Assembly: GCF_037042905.1 (NCBI RefSeq)
Contig: NC_087252.1
Coordinates: 8,496,001-8,560,000 of the forward strand
From: Lytechinus pictus
Lineage: Eukaryota
Direction: 5' to 3'
Length of the DNA stretch: 64,000 nucleotides
Made by a program: the position numbers and the translations under genes. The notes beneath the pieces are model-generated. The model searched no databases, was not told the origin of the DNA, and worked only from the letters and a program-made list of their open reading frames with translations. Positions 33,600 through 45,441 of the stretch are shown piece after piece. Every line of letters starts with the position of its first letter. Positions within the stretch are counted from its first letter, which is position 1.

Positions 33600-35360
33600 A
33601 AGATATAAATAGAGTAAAATTCACAAAGCAAAATGCTGAAAATTTGATCCAAATCGGATAACAAATGACTAAATTATTGAATTTTAAAGATTTGCGTTAT
33701 TCTGGCGAAACACTTCTAGGCATGTCTTCATGAATATTCATTAGGGGGCTGATGATGTCATATCCCCACTTGTTCTTTTTTATTTCATATTATTAAATTT
33801 AGGTTTATTCAGAATTTTTCTACCAAGGACTAAAACAGATTGACAACTGATTCAGTGCAGTAGTTATTCGTTGCTGCAACTTATTTCATCATAATAGAGA
33901 CGCATCATTTACAAACAGTGGTGTAACTACGGGGGGCAGGGGGGGGGGGGGCACGTGCCCCCCCCCCCCCCAATCGGCTGGCAAAAAAAAAACGGGGAAA
34001 AGGAGAAAAAAGGGAGAAAGGAAGAGAAACGCAGTGAGGAAAGAAGAAATTATTGTTCATTATAATATTATATAATATTATGCTATGTTATATTAAATAA
34101 GAAGCATTTTTTCATAACTTTATGAAATATTATTTGCCCAGGGCCTATATGTCTGCATTGTTCCTGGTGCTCGCATAGACCGTTTAATGAGATATATAAT
34201 CCTGTTGTACTAAAACCTCCCGTTTTCAAATCAATATACACCAAATATATTTCCACGCAATTCGAGTTATTATTGTTTTATATAGTGACATTTGCCTCTT
34301 TTCATGACTACTTAAAGTGATTGCCCAATTTTAAGGTCTTAATATAAAACTATAAAATATTTCCTGTCCGTGCTAACGTTCGCATTAGTTAATTGATGAG
34401 ATGTCTGCTCTTCATGAATTCCTAAAATCAGTCCTTAAAATGTCAATTTTTCTGATCTGAATATCAAAAATTTTCAGCTTGCGCTTCGCATCATTTGGTA
34501 AGTGAAATACGTACGGTCTTAATGAATTCCTATTAACAAGCCTTAGAATCCCACTCTTCAGGTCTGAATTTCATAGATTTTCAGCTCGCGCTTCGCGCTC
34601 GCAATATTTGATTAGTGAGATGCGTATGATAATCATGATTACAATGACTACAAAAAGTGCTTCATGTGTTTAGATGTAATTCTAACAAAATCAGCAAAGG
34701 ATGGCACTAGCATTAGTTGACTATGCTAAGATATTTATACTCTTAATGGATATAGTCCTTAAAATGTCCCTGTTTGGGGTCAATATATACAAAAATTTCA
34801 GCTCACGCTTCGCGCTCGCATTGTTTGTTTAGCGAGACAGGAACGTATCACGATTACAAAAAAATTGCATATAATGTCCCTTTTAGGTCTCAATATCAAA
34901 AATGTTCAGCTCGCGCTTCGCGCTCGCATTATTTAATCAGTGAGATACACATCCGTTTAATGGCATTACATGTACTTAAAATGTATCTATTAGGTCAATA
35001 TACCTGGCAACTGAGCGCGCTTCGCGCGCTCCCTAAGTGACTCGACATTTGTGCTGGTGCCCCCCCCCAATGCCGTGACCCACGGTACGCCATTGTTTAC
35101 ACATGTACGAATAAATGAAAAAGTTACGATTCCATGTAACAACATAAGAAAAAGGAGAGTGGGGATGTGACATCATGAGCCCACTTAATGAATATTCATG
35201 ATGACGAGCATATAACTGTTTTCACAAATTATTGCCAAACTTTAAATTCAATAACTTCGTTATTTGTTATCCGATTCGAATGAAATTATTAGCATTTTGC
35301 TCTGTGAAATTACTCTAAAATTATTTAGATAAAAATATTCTTGACCCGGAGTATCCTTGT
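33600..35360. mobile_element. Degenerate palindromic non-autonomous element (same family as fragments at ~1450-1640 and ~20200-20580)
   Basis: Inverted arms: agcaaaatgct...atcggataacaaat...catgaatattcatta...atgtcatatccccact versus agtggggatgtgacat...taatgaatattcatg...atttgttatccgat...agcattttgct. Confidence 0.65.
33916..35095. mobile_element. 1.2-kb hAT-type non-autonomous element nested in the palindromic element
   Basis: CAGTGGTGTAAC ... GGTACGCCATTG. 8-bp TSD tttacaaa (33908-33915) / tttacaca (35096-35103). Confidence 0.8.
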
Positions 35361-37547
35361 AAAGGGGGATTTGGCTCACCATGTCAATGTTTTCTTGTGT
35401 TCGAAATGTTACTCTTCTCCCCAATCTGCCCTTGTTAAAGTTTTTGTCATCACTTTTCCCTGTATTTTGAGCACATTTCTGAGTATCGTAATCTTGAATT
35501 CTGCTTTGAACTCATCGTGTACCCAATTCACATTTCTATTTGTTTGAGCCTATCTGAGAACCACAAATGCCCTCTGCGCGGGGGTGAACTGATGCCCTAC
35601 CATACATTTAACTATCATGAATGATTGAGAATGCAGTTTTCTTTTGAACAAAGATGCAATGAAAATGTTGGTATGTTATGAGATGTGGTTACACGGGCCT
35701 AATTACAACTGGCAGGCAAAATACATTCATTCGAGCCAACCCATTCTCAATTTTTACATTTGATATTGCTGATTGACAAAAATGAATGAATATGATTGAC
35801 AATCTAAAACTGATTCTAGGGAGGGCACCTACTGAACTTCCTTTTTCCAAATTGGGAAGATACATCACTACTTTGGAACTATTTTTTTTACTGGCAAAAG
35901 AATTAGGGCCATTTTACTCTCTCAAGTGATGAATTTGATCCCGTCAGGTGTAGTCTTCATAAATGTCGATTTATTTTTAAAATAAGACGGTTGAGGTACC
36001 CTTTTCTGGTCAGATATGGAATCTCAGACATATATCTTATCCACTGGTAGTAAAAATTCAACCCTCAAATTTCCTCCGTATTTTTTAAGATTTGTTTTTA
36101 AGTGCCACTTTAACACACGAGTCTATGGGAAATTTGTTAGGCCTGTGATACCATGTGTCCTGGTGAAGATGATAACTTACACTGGTAAGAACCCCTGTTT
36201 CAACATTTTTCTCTCTAGTATTCGTCATGTATTCAATAATTTATGTTAGATGAAAGAATAGGTCATATTCAGTATCTAAAAAAGAAAATCCTTGATGATT
36301 CACGCCTGTGACTGAACGAAATAGATTTTAAAATCATGTTACCTGAACCCGACTGCACATACTTCTTAATAAAAAAAAACTTGGAGAGGTTTCCGGATAA
36401 CTGAAAAAATGCTCGTATTTTTGTTATTATTAAACCAAATCACATAAAATGTCAGTCACTTGTACAAAATAAATTGTAGTTTATGGCTGTGAAGAAATAA
36501 ATCATATGATATTGTAATTGTCATGTTATACCCATCTAAAGTGCCATACATTTAACGCAGTATAGCACTTTAGACAGGAAGGGGTATTAAAGGAAGTAAA
36601 CGAGAGAGAAAAAAAAAGAATCAACACTCGAACAGATCAAAGAAGGTAAAAACAGAAATGGAAGAGTACACATTGCTTAAACGGGACCCCCTCATTCAGA
36701 GGCGTCGATCCTGGGGGGGGGGGGGGCAGGGGGGGGGCGATCGCCCCACAAATGAAAATATTGGGGGGCAAACATATCATTTTGCTCCCCCCCCCCCAAT
36801 AATTCCGGATATGCATAAAAAAAACAAGATTGTAATGTTCAGCAAGCGAGATTGAGATACACAACTCGTTCTTGATTTAAAATCGTGCTCAAAATGTCCG
36901 CTTTTTTGTTTAGCAATGTCACTCTTCCATTTCTGTTTTTAAACGAGGAGATCTCAAAATAGCACAGTTTTATATTCAAAAGTTAAGGTAATAGGGGCAT
37001 TTCAGGCATCAGGTAAATTTTCAGACAATAAGTCAGTCACATTAACACCTGTAAATAAGATCATTTAATTTTAAAAAAAAAATGTACAGTAATACATAAC
37101 GTGTAAATCGTAAGAAATGGGGAAAAAGGGCTACCCTAGCATTTCAAGGACACGAACTGATGTATTACGAATGATATTAGTTTGCACAGACCACCCTCTG
37201 CTCCCCGAAGTTGCTATGACGCCCCTCTCCTCATCTTCCCATTGCTAGTGTGTTTCAACCATTTTTTCAATGTTGTTATCAATCACTTATTTCAAATTTC
37301 GTAGAATTATTATTAACTTTAGCCATATAAATTACTTTAATGATGGATACAGTTTGTAAATATGGTCATACACTGTTGAAAAAATACCCGTGATATTTAT
37401 TTGATGTGCATGTTTAAGGAACTGTATTTGTATCAAGTTTAAGAAAAGAAAAAGAGGGGTCAGAGGGCCAGACATGGCAAAATTACACTATGTATGTAAT
37501 TTTGCAAGGTTTAAGCGCTCTCATCCGATAATGAATAGAATACTTAC

Positions 37548-37749
37548 ACGTTGACTGGCAAAATAACCCAATGAAAATAATGGATAGAATCATGACTCGA
37601 TGAGTATTAGATGGTGAGCACTTGAGAGGCGTAGCACCGACATTGTGAGGTTTAGCATGTTGTATTCCTTGTCTGATTTTGCGACGCATGTATGAATAAG
37701 AACGACTAGCGGGTAGAACCACTCCCTTGCGTGAGAGTTGCACCGCCAT
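37548..37749 (-). CDS. Putative first coding exon, copy B
   Basis: ATG at 37749. MAVQLSRKGVVLPASRSYSYMRRKIRQGIQHAKPHNVGATPLKCSPSNTHRVMILSIIFIGLFCQST, then a GTAAGT donor in phase 1. It is 6 nt (two codons) longer than copy A and keeps the frame. Confidence 0.65.
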
Positions 37750-38978
37750 ATTGTCAGGTTTATGATCGGTCATTCACTGATGAGAAATTCTCAACCTTGA
37801 AAGGTGACTATTTTGTAATTTTATCGATTATACCGACATGATTCTTTCTTGTACAATCCAAACCGCAACATCAAGTTAAGGAAATATGCATCCCGAGAAT
37901 GAGCCACTGGTACAATTTCGGGAACAAACATGTATGACGAAAGGGCGCAAAATACACGCATCAATGCATTATTCGTGATCGCACCTCTCCCGCATTGCTA
38001 GTCTTGTCTTAAAGCTAATATGATATTTTTATCAATGCATAACATTGTAAAATTATCCTCATGGATTCCCTAAACATGCTATCGTGTTATGCCATAGGCT
38101 GATAGGTGCGAACTTCACGATAGTATGGATATTCATGCCTTGCAATGTTGTATTTGTTTTCATTAGACTATATGACCACTTTAGATATGCATTCAGAAAT
38201 ACATGATTTGATCAACCGTCTGGAGAGAGTTACTCCGACCGAGATACTCCTGGAAACCAGTAGGAGTAGGCCTATTTTTGTCGGAGGAAGATCGGAGTAA
38301 CTCTGTCCAGACGGGCACTCCTGCGACCTTTCCACCGACCCTTCCTAACACCAAAACATCCTTCGTCTGGGTCGTAATAAGATGTCTTTGGAATTTTGTT
38401 CCATGAATAATAGAACTTTACCCCGACTGTATTGTATTGTATTGTATTCTATTTTATTTATTCAATCAAGGTTTAAGAAGCCTGCTTTCAGCTAGAAGCT
38501 GCTTTTTAGTAAGGCCGTGAACAATTGATAATAATAAATAATACAAATATGAAAGCGAATGAGCTTACAATCTAAAAACAACGAAAACATAACATAAAAA
38601 TATAAATAAAATACAATTAGCAAAAGCAGAATTGAAGTAAACAAAATTGAAAAGTAAAGACTGAAACGATATAATATATAAAGTAATATCAAACATAAAT
38701 ATAAACAAAAATGAGTGTAAGTTAATAAAATAGGATCCAATGCATGTGAACTAGGCTAAAGACTTGTTGGTTGTGCTTTGTCCTGAAGTATATTTGACAA
38801 TACATATTATTTCTTTTTGAATTCGTCATACACTCCCTTCTCTCCATTGTTTGGCAATAATAGTTGACAGTTTGTTGTGAGGCGGCTAACTATGACTACC
38901 GCAGATGTTATTATGTCTATACACTATGTTGAAGAGAAAAATCGGACTTTGGACTTCGGTGGTACGTGATAGCAAATA

Positions 38979-39447
38979 CAGTGGGTCTCCTAAAAAGGAA
39001 ACCCATATCTGTCGATCATGAAATTAACCCAAATTAACATGACTAGTAAGAATGAAATCTTTTCTTTGATTAGATCCAAAATACATAGCGAAATGTTCAT
39101 ACATTGCGAAGTAAAATATGATGAATACTGAGCCGATTTGCGCAGAAACTCTATATTTGTCTGCATCAGCACTTATTTATAGACACATTAATGCAAATAA
39201 GCCATCCATTTCTTGCACAATAGGTATTCACATTCGCAACAAACCTCGACTAATTTCTTTGCGCAATTTCGTTTAGTCATGGAATTTTTCTAAATCTTCT
39301 TGGTCATCTATGCGGGAACTATTCATTTTATATTTTGTTACAAAATGAAGAACAACTTAATTTTGTGACTATGTAAAAGTATCGTTAATCGAATGGTTTA
39401 AAAAAGAATCCTCGCCAAGCCTGGTTTCCTTTTTGTGGGACGCACTG
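38979..39447. mobile_element. Tc1/mariner-type MITE (paralog at 46457-46916)
   Basis: TA|CAGTGGGTCTCCTAAAAAGGAAACC ... GGTTTCCTTTTTGTGGGACGCACTG|TA. Present in both B and C, so it predates that duplication. Confidence 0.8.
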
Positions 39448-40279
39448 TATAGTATAATACCAGGAACTATTGTGCATTTTCTAAACATGTTTTGCAGAAA
39501 CCCTGGTATCAATTAGAATATCCCTGTACTGTTGAGCGAAGCAGACCTGATTGCATATTGATTGTGCTGCCCAATATGTACATTCATATCATTATTATGA
39601 ATTGCGACACAAATGTAATATTCCGTGATATGCACTGCCTTTCAGACTAGTTTCCAAAGGACTGTCATAACGAAGTTATCAGAGCCTTTGTACGTGCGTT
39701 ATAAAGCACCATTTTACTTTAAATACAGATTATGAAAAAAAAAAAATCTTATATTTATAATGAATTATTAGTATATAAAGTGGAAGAATGTAGTGCTCAG
39801 TCTCATGAAATGGAAAATAGAGTTTTGAGATTAAAAAAACCAAACAAACCAAAACAAATCAAATCAAAACATGTTATTCATGTCTTTTATGGTACCCGTT
39901 CAGCAAATTCAGTCAGCTCTAAAATACAGTAGTGTGATAATTATGTTATAGAATAATGTGTATGAAAGATTTTCTGTTTAGATTTCATCTAATTGAAAAA
40001 ATATGTTTTTTCTTTTTGCCCCCCCCCCCCCGTGTTTTGAAATTAAATTGTATTTAATCACCATGGACATACCACATGATACGATACGGACTAAACTATA
40101 TAGTTTAATTATCGAGAATAATATTTCAATATTTAACAATTATTTCCAAGTAAGTTTATGATATCAACTTTTTGATCCCACTGCTTTGATTTTTTTCCGG
40201 TGGATGTTTTCTTTATGGCAAAGTCAAATACGCAATTCAGAATGGGTATTTATTAGAAAATGTGTTTCTTATACATATA

Positions 40280-41250
40280 CAGTACCAGTCAAAAGTTTGG
40301 GTACACCTGTAATCAGAACTGATTTTTTATTACAATCATTTACAATTTATTCATTTGATTTCTTCAAACACAGAGACAATTTAGTATCAAATTAAAGGGT
40401 AATAATCAGGCTTCCAACCGGTTTTATTTTGAAGATGAGAAATCGTTTCAGAAAGCACTCACGCGTGTCCAAGACCCCTCTCTCTCAAACTGTCAATTTA
40501 AGGCAAATGAGGATTTGTGTCATTTTGTGTTCTTAGTGTTGACTCTGTGCGTTTCATAATATTTCATTGGTTTTTAGTGAAGAATCTTTCAATATTACCT
40601 GATCAGTATACAACAAACATCACTTCTGAAGCAAACTAAGATACCCTAGTGGTGAAATAATTGAGCATTTTCATATTTTCAGAACTTACCGGTAAAAGGT
40701 TTGATGTCTCTTTTTCTTTAATTTTTTTGCATTTTATCTTTAATAATACCATTCAAATGTTCCTGGAGTTAAACATATCTTTTTCGTGAATACAAAAAAT
40801 TGAGATGAGACCAGACATAGAGTACAAACACAGTACCTTGTAAAAAAAAATGCTATTTCTGTATCTGCAATATCTGACATTCTTTTACAAGTTCCAAAAA
40901 AAAACCTTCCTTAAATCTTTGATTCCTTAAAGAAGCCACCTCTGGCTTTTATGATGGCATGGCAGACATGTGGCCTTCGATTGAGTAGTTTCTTGAGGAA
41001 GTCTGGTGAGATATTCTTCCGGGCCTCTTAGAGAAATTCCCAAGGATGCTCTGCTGAAGTTGGCCGCTTTGTGTTTGCGATTCTGTCAAGTTCATCCCAC
41101 ACCATATCGATATGATACAGATCGGGTAGCTGCGAAGGCCATGTAATAATCTTCAATTTACTCTCACGTTCTATTTTTTTCATATTTCTTACACAGCTTA
41201 GAACTATGCTTAGGGTCGCTGAAAGGTAAACTGGGGGCCGACCAACCCAG
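40280..41250 (-). mobile_element. Tc1 transposon remnant (one TIR + transposase C-terminal pseudogene)
   Basis: TA|CAGTACCAGTCAAAAGTTTGG terminus. Minus strand ~40915-41145 reads WPSQLPDLYHIDMVWDELDR...RPTSAEHPWEFL*...AIIKARGG, a degenerate WPxQSPDLNPIE motif. Confidence 0.88.
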
Positions 41251-42177
41251 ATGGAATAGCATGTCTCTGTCTCTGCGTGTCTCTGATCACCAGCAAATCA
41301 TGTTGGTGATCTGTTTAGAGTGCTTGGTACACTAGACCAACATGGTTATCACAGTACCATCCAGATCAATTAAAACATACTATATAAGTACGGTATCATA
41401 GGAGTCTGCGAACGAATAAGAGGGGGGGGGGGCAGGTAATTGAAATCCAGCCTTTGAGTTATAGCGTAAATTAGCATAATTGATTTTCCAATTTGTCTAC
41501 AGCCCAAAACTTAGGACGAAAGGGCTCAGTTCCGGTTCACCAATTTTGGACAAAGACCCATAGCCGATCACTGTGAAATGACTTGCATTTTCAATAGATT
41601 TACTATGTTCTTGCCTTGATTGGTTAGAAGTTTGAAATGAGCATGAACTTCGTAGACTCTTGTGGCGCTCTCTGGGTGACCTACCATATCCATGTACAAT
41701 GGTCAACAAAACGTGTAACAATTTCATCAGGTATTGATGACATGATTTATACAATTACGTTCTTATTCTTCATGAAAAGTTACAGTGGTATGTTCTGAGT
41801 GATCGGGGGGGGGGGGGGGATACCAGATTTAACAACCCCTAAGCGGGATATAATTGGTGTTGTGCTGGTCAGAGTATGAGAACTCATCCATTATCATGAT
41901 TATGTGAAACAATGAGATTAGAATGTAAGTGCTTTCGATACCCTGACCTTTTAAAATTAAAACTCAAATTTGTTAGATTTTGATATGATGTATTCAGAAT
42001 ATAATATCATACCTCTCCCCATTTCTCTTTTTTTTCTTTAATCGTGATTTTTTTTGGGCGGAGTGGACATGTCCCCAAGGCCCCCACCCTCTAAACTGTA
42101 CGCCAGTGATTATCACATAGACGTTATATGCCTATAAAGCTAGATTCTTTCGTTGGCAGTTTCACCCTTGTTTCATT

Positions 42178-42628
42178 TACCGTGTTTACACTTAATCGGC
42201 AATTGGTTCTGAACCAAATGCCGATGCAGAATCGGCATTTGGATTGCGTTTACACGTTGTTACAGCTCGCGGTTCAGAACCGCGAGCCGATGCAAAAACC
42301 TGAAATGATACGCATACCTACAATATACGTCATAATAAAGACAACGCTGGATCAGTGCGCTTACAATTACGTCACAATGGTAAAGTAATTGAAATGCGCA
42401 CAAATTGCCGGTGCAGAATCGGCTTTCTGTTTACACGTAGTAAAAAAGCCGATTCTGCATCGGCTCGCGGTTCAGAACCTACTACTTTGGTGGTGCAAAT
42501 TGCCGGTTCTGAACCGCGAGCCGATTCAAGTTGCTCGCGTTTACACGCTATGAAAAAGCCGATGCTGAATCGGCTCGCGGTTCAGAACCGCGAGCCGATT
42601 CAAATGCCGATTAAGTGTAAACACGGTA
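42178..42628. mobile_element. Palindromic MITE (Harbinger-like termini, tentative)
   Basis: TACCGTGTTTACACTTAATCGGCA ... TGCCGATTAAGTGTAAACACGGTA. Internal hairpins ctcgcggttcagaaccgcgag. Absent from copy C (~48941). Confidence 0.85.
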
Positions 42629-42819
42629 GCACCGCAGTAACCACGCCGCGGCGCGCCGGTGTCGAAGCGTGGTAGCATTGGCGATTGTAGCATTTTAACA
42701 TTATTATTATTATTATCTATTATCATTACAGTATTATTATTTGTTTGGCGCCACCTGTGTCCGCAAGGCGAAAAGCGAACTGAATCACTATGACCCACGG
42801 GTTTCTTATTCCAGTTCCG

Positions 42820-43020
42820 GTTGTGACTTTATTAGACTGTTAGAAACAATATATAAACTAATGCATCTTTACCAAAAAAAATAATTTTAAAGTTTTAGTT
42901 GTGACTTTATTACAGTGTGAGAAACCATTCGTAAACTAATGCATCTTTACCAAAATAAATCCCTTTAAGGTCTTAGTTAAGACTTTATTAGAATTTTAGA
43001 AACCATTCATAAACTAATGG
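42820..43020 (+). repeat. ~78-bp minisatellite, 3 units
   Basis: Unit ttgtgactttatt...gaaaccattc.taaactaatgcatctttac at ~42821, 42899 and 42977. Confidence 0.85.
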
Positions 43021-43920
43021 CGAGATGATTTATTTGTTTCTTTTTTAGGCTTCATACTGCATATCGAACGAAAATAATAATGGATAAACAGATCATTAAC
43101 TTTCGTACACAAATGAGTTCATGTACATGAATACTACATCGGTTAGTAATCCAGTCATTTTATTATATTATTTTGATGGGTTATAATTACAAACAAATAT
43201 CGATATATGGCAATTTATTTTAAAATGAGCTGGCTACGATACCCTTTCCTGGTCAGATATGGAATCTCAGATATATATCCTATCCAATGGCTGTAAACAT
43301 TCGACCAAAAGTGCCATTTTCATATACAAGTCATGTTGGATGCGCGTGACACCAATGGTCGCCAAAATAGCTCGTCTTTGTTTAGTACACTTATTACTAT
43401 AACCTCTCCATAGGCTCACGCGCAAAAATGATATTTGATAAAATTACTAAAAGATAAGTTTTAATAATTACACAATTCACTTTTCGTTCATACTGCAATT
43501 CTCTGTAATGTCTTATTAAATAAAGTACGTTCAAAATACATTAATGTGTACAACTCAAGCTTTCATCCATTAACAATACACATTGGTAACGAAAGAGAAG
43601 TAGAACCATACAACACTTTTCATTTCATTTCGTTTATTTCCATTTTCAACAATTACAGTTTTTTTGTACATTTTGACATATAAATAACATAACATATTTC
43701 AAGTATCCTTGTACAAAAATTATATTCAAGATTATTACATATCAGGTTGGAAATGGAGGAGGCTGCTAAAAAGCGGAGCTTAAGTTGTAGAGTGCAGCTT
43801 CCTAATAAATATTCTTGTTACATAGCATATATACAAATACTTGAGCATAAACCAGTTGAATTAAAAAGAAATAGGGGGAATTAAATTAGAAAAGGAAATA
43901 CGAAAAAGAGGGATTAAAGC

Positions 43921-45441
43921 ACCTTACACAACGTATCTTTGCTCTGCATTGAGCTATGCCGTGGCCAAACCGTTGACATTTGAAGCATCTTGAAGCACGG
44001 GGTACAAAGATCTTAACTGGGAAAATTTGAAAACATAAGTTTACTTGTTGGGGGAGATTTGTTTTATTGAATGTTAGAATCACACTTTTGAGGGGTACCT
44101 CTTCGATGGGACCATTTTCATTTTGTTTTGTTTTGTTAGTAATTCTCTTTGCAAAAGAAACTCCTTGTGTCTTTAGCTCTTGCTTGATTTCCCTTTCTGA
44201 GATAGCTGTAGAGACCCCATTAATAACGCCCTTCACTCCGGCTCGCTTTTCTTCTATTTTTACTGGGATGTTGCCAATTTGGGTTATTTGTTGAAGAGCG
44301 GTCATTAGCTTTTGGTTTTTGCACTTGACAATAATGCAATGAGGGAGAGAGATAATATTGTCAATTGGATTGGGACAAGTGCATTTAATTGCTCTTGCTA
44401 TTTCTATGGGATTTACGTTATTGAAATTCTTGTTTTTTTTCTATTGGGCTAATATACAGAGTAAAATTGACCCTTCTGTTTGTGGATGGGGTGCTGTGTA
44501 TCGTAAAAGTTGTGTTGCTTGTACTATCTGACGAAGATTCCGACCTGGGCGTGATATTTTCCACGTCCAAGTTTCCTTCACGTCTTCGTTTGCCGCGACA
44601 TTTGATTTTAGGTGATCGTGCGTACGTGACAGTCCGGAATTCATCGTCAGTGGTATCTTGCAATGGCGGTCCCGTTTTCGCGTGACCTTCTGCTATGATA
44701 GGTCCGCCGCTACGGGGCGGGGTATTTAAAAGAATACGTGTTAGCCTATGCGTTAGTGTGTGCGGAATGGGAATTAGTTGAAGGCCAACAAATCCTGCTT
44801 ACCTTTGCTTTCTCTTTGAAGAAGAAATCCAAATATTGGTCCGAAAAGATCCGTAAAAGATGCGGTTCGATTAAAAATAGCAATTCTGATAAAGAACACC
44901 AAAAATTGGAAGGAAAGAAAGAGCTCCGCGAGAACCCTAAGTTCCTAAGTGCTGTGTATCGTAAAAGTTGTGTTGCTTGTACTATCTGACGAAGATTCCG
45001 CACTGGGCGTGATATTTTCCACGTCCAAGCTTCCTTCACGTCTTCGTTTGCCGCGAAATTTGATTTTAGGTGATCGTGCGTACGTGACAGTCCGGAATTC
45101 ATCGTCAGTGGTATCTTGCAATGGCGGTCCCGTTTTCGCGTGACCCTCTGCCATGATAGGTCCGCCGCTACAGGGCGGGGTATTTAAAAGAATACGTGTT
45201 AGCCTATGCGTTAGTGTGTGCGGAATGGGAATTAGTTGAAGGCCAACAAATCCTGCTTACCTTTGCTTTCTCTTTGCAGAAGAAATCCAAATATTGGTCC
45301 GAAAAGATCCGTAAAAGATGCGGTTCGATTAAAAATAGCAATTCTGATAAAGATTGGAAAATCTTGGAAGGAAAGGAAGAGCTCCGCGAGAACCCTAAGT
45401 TCCTCTTCCGCGCGCGCCAGCCGTCACCTCTAATCACACCA
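43921..45441 (-). mobile_element. 5' part of an I-group (Nimb/I-like) LINE: 5' UTR + disrupted gag-like ORF1, with an internal ~455-bp tandem duplication
   Basis: ORF 43886-44305 contains KGVINGV, SVILTF, LPQQV and the zinc knuckle RCFKCQRFGHGIAQC, and is cut in the second knuckle (RCVRC). 44492-44946 duplicates 44948-45402. No ORF2. Confidence 0.85.

Larger units (their letters stand above)
17265..43920 (+). repeat. Segmental duplication copy B (expanded by many insertions)
   Basis: Collinear with copy A up to ~38943. 37990-43100 is collinear with 45442-49650, and 43355-43920 with 54410-54932. Confidence 0.88.
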
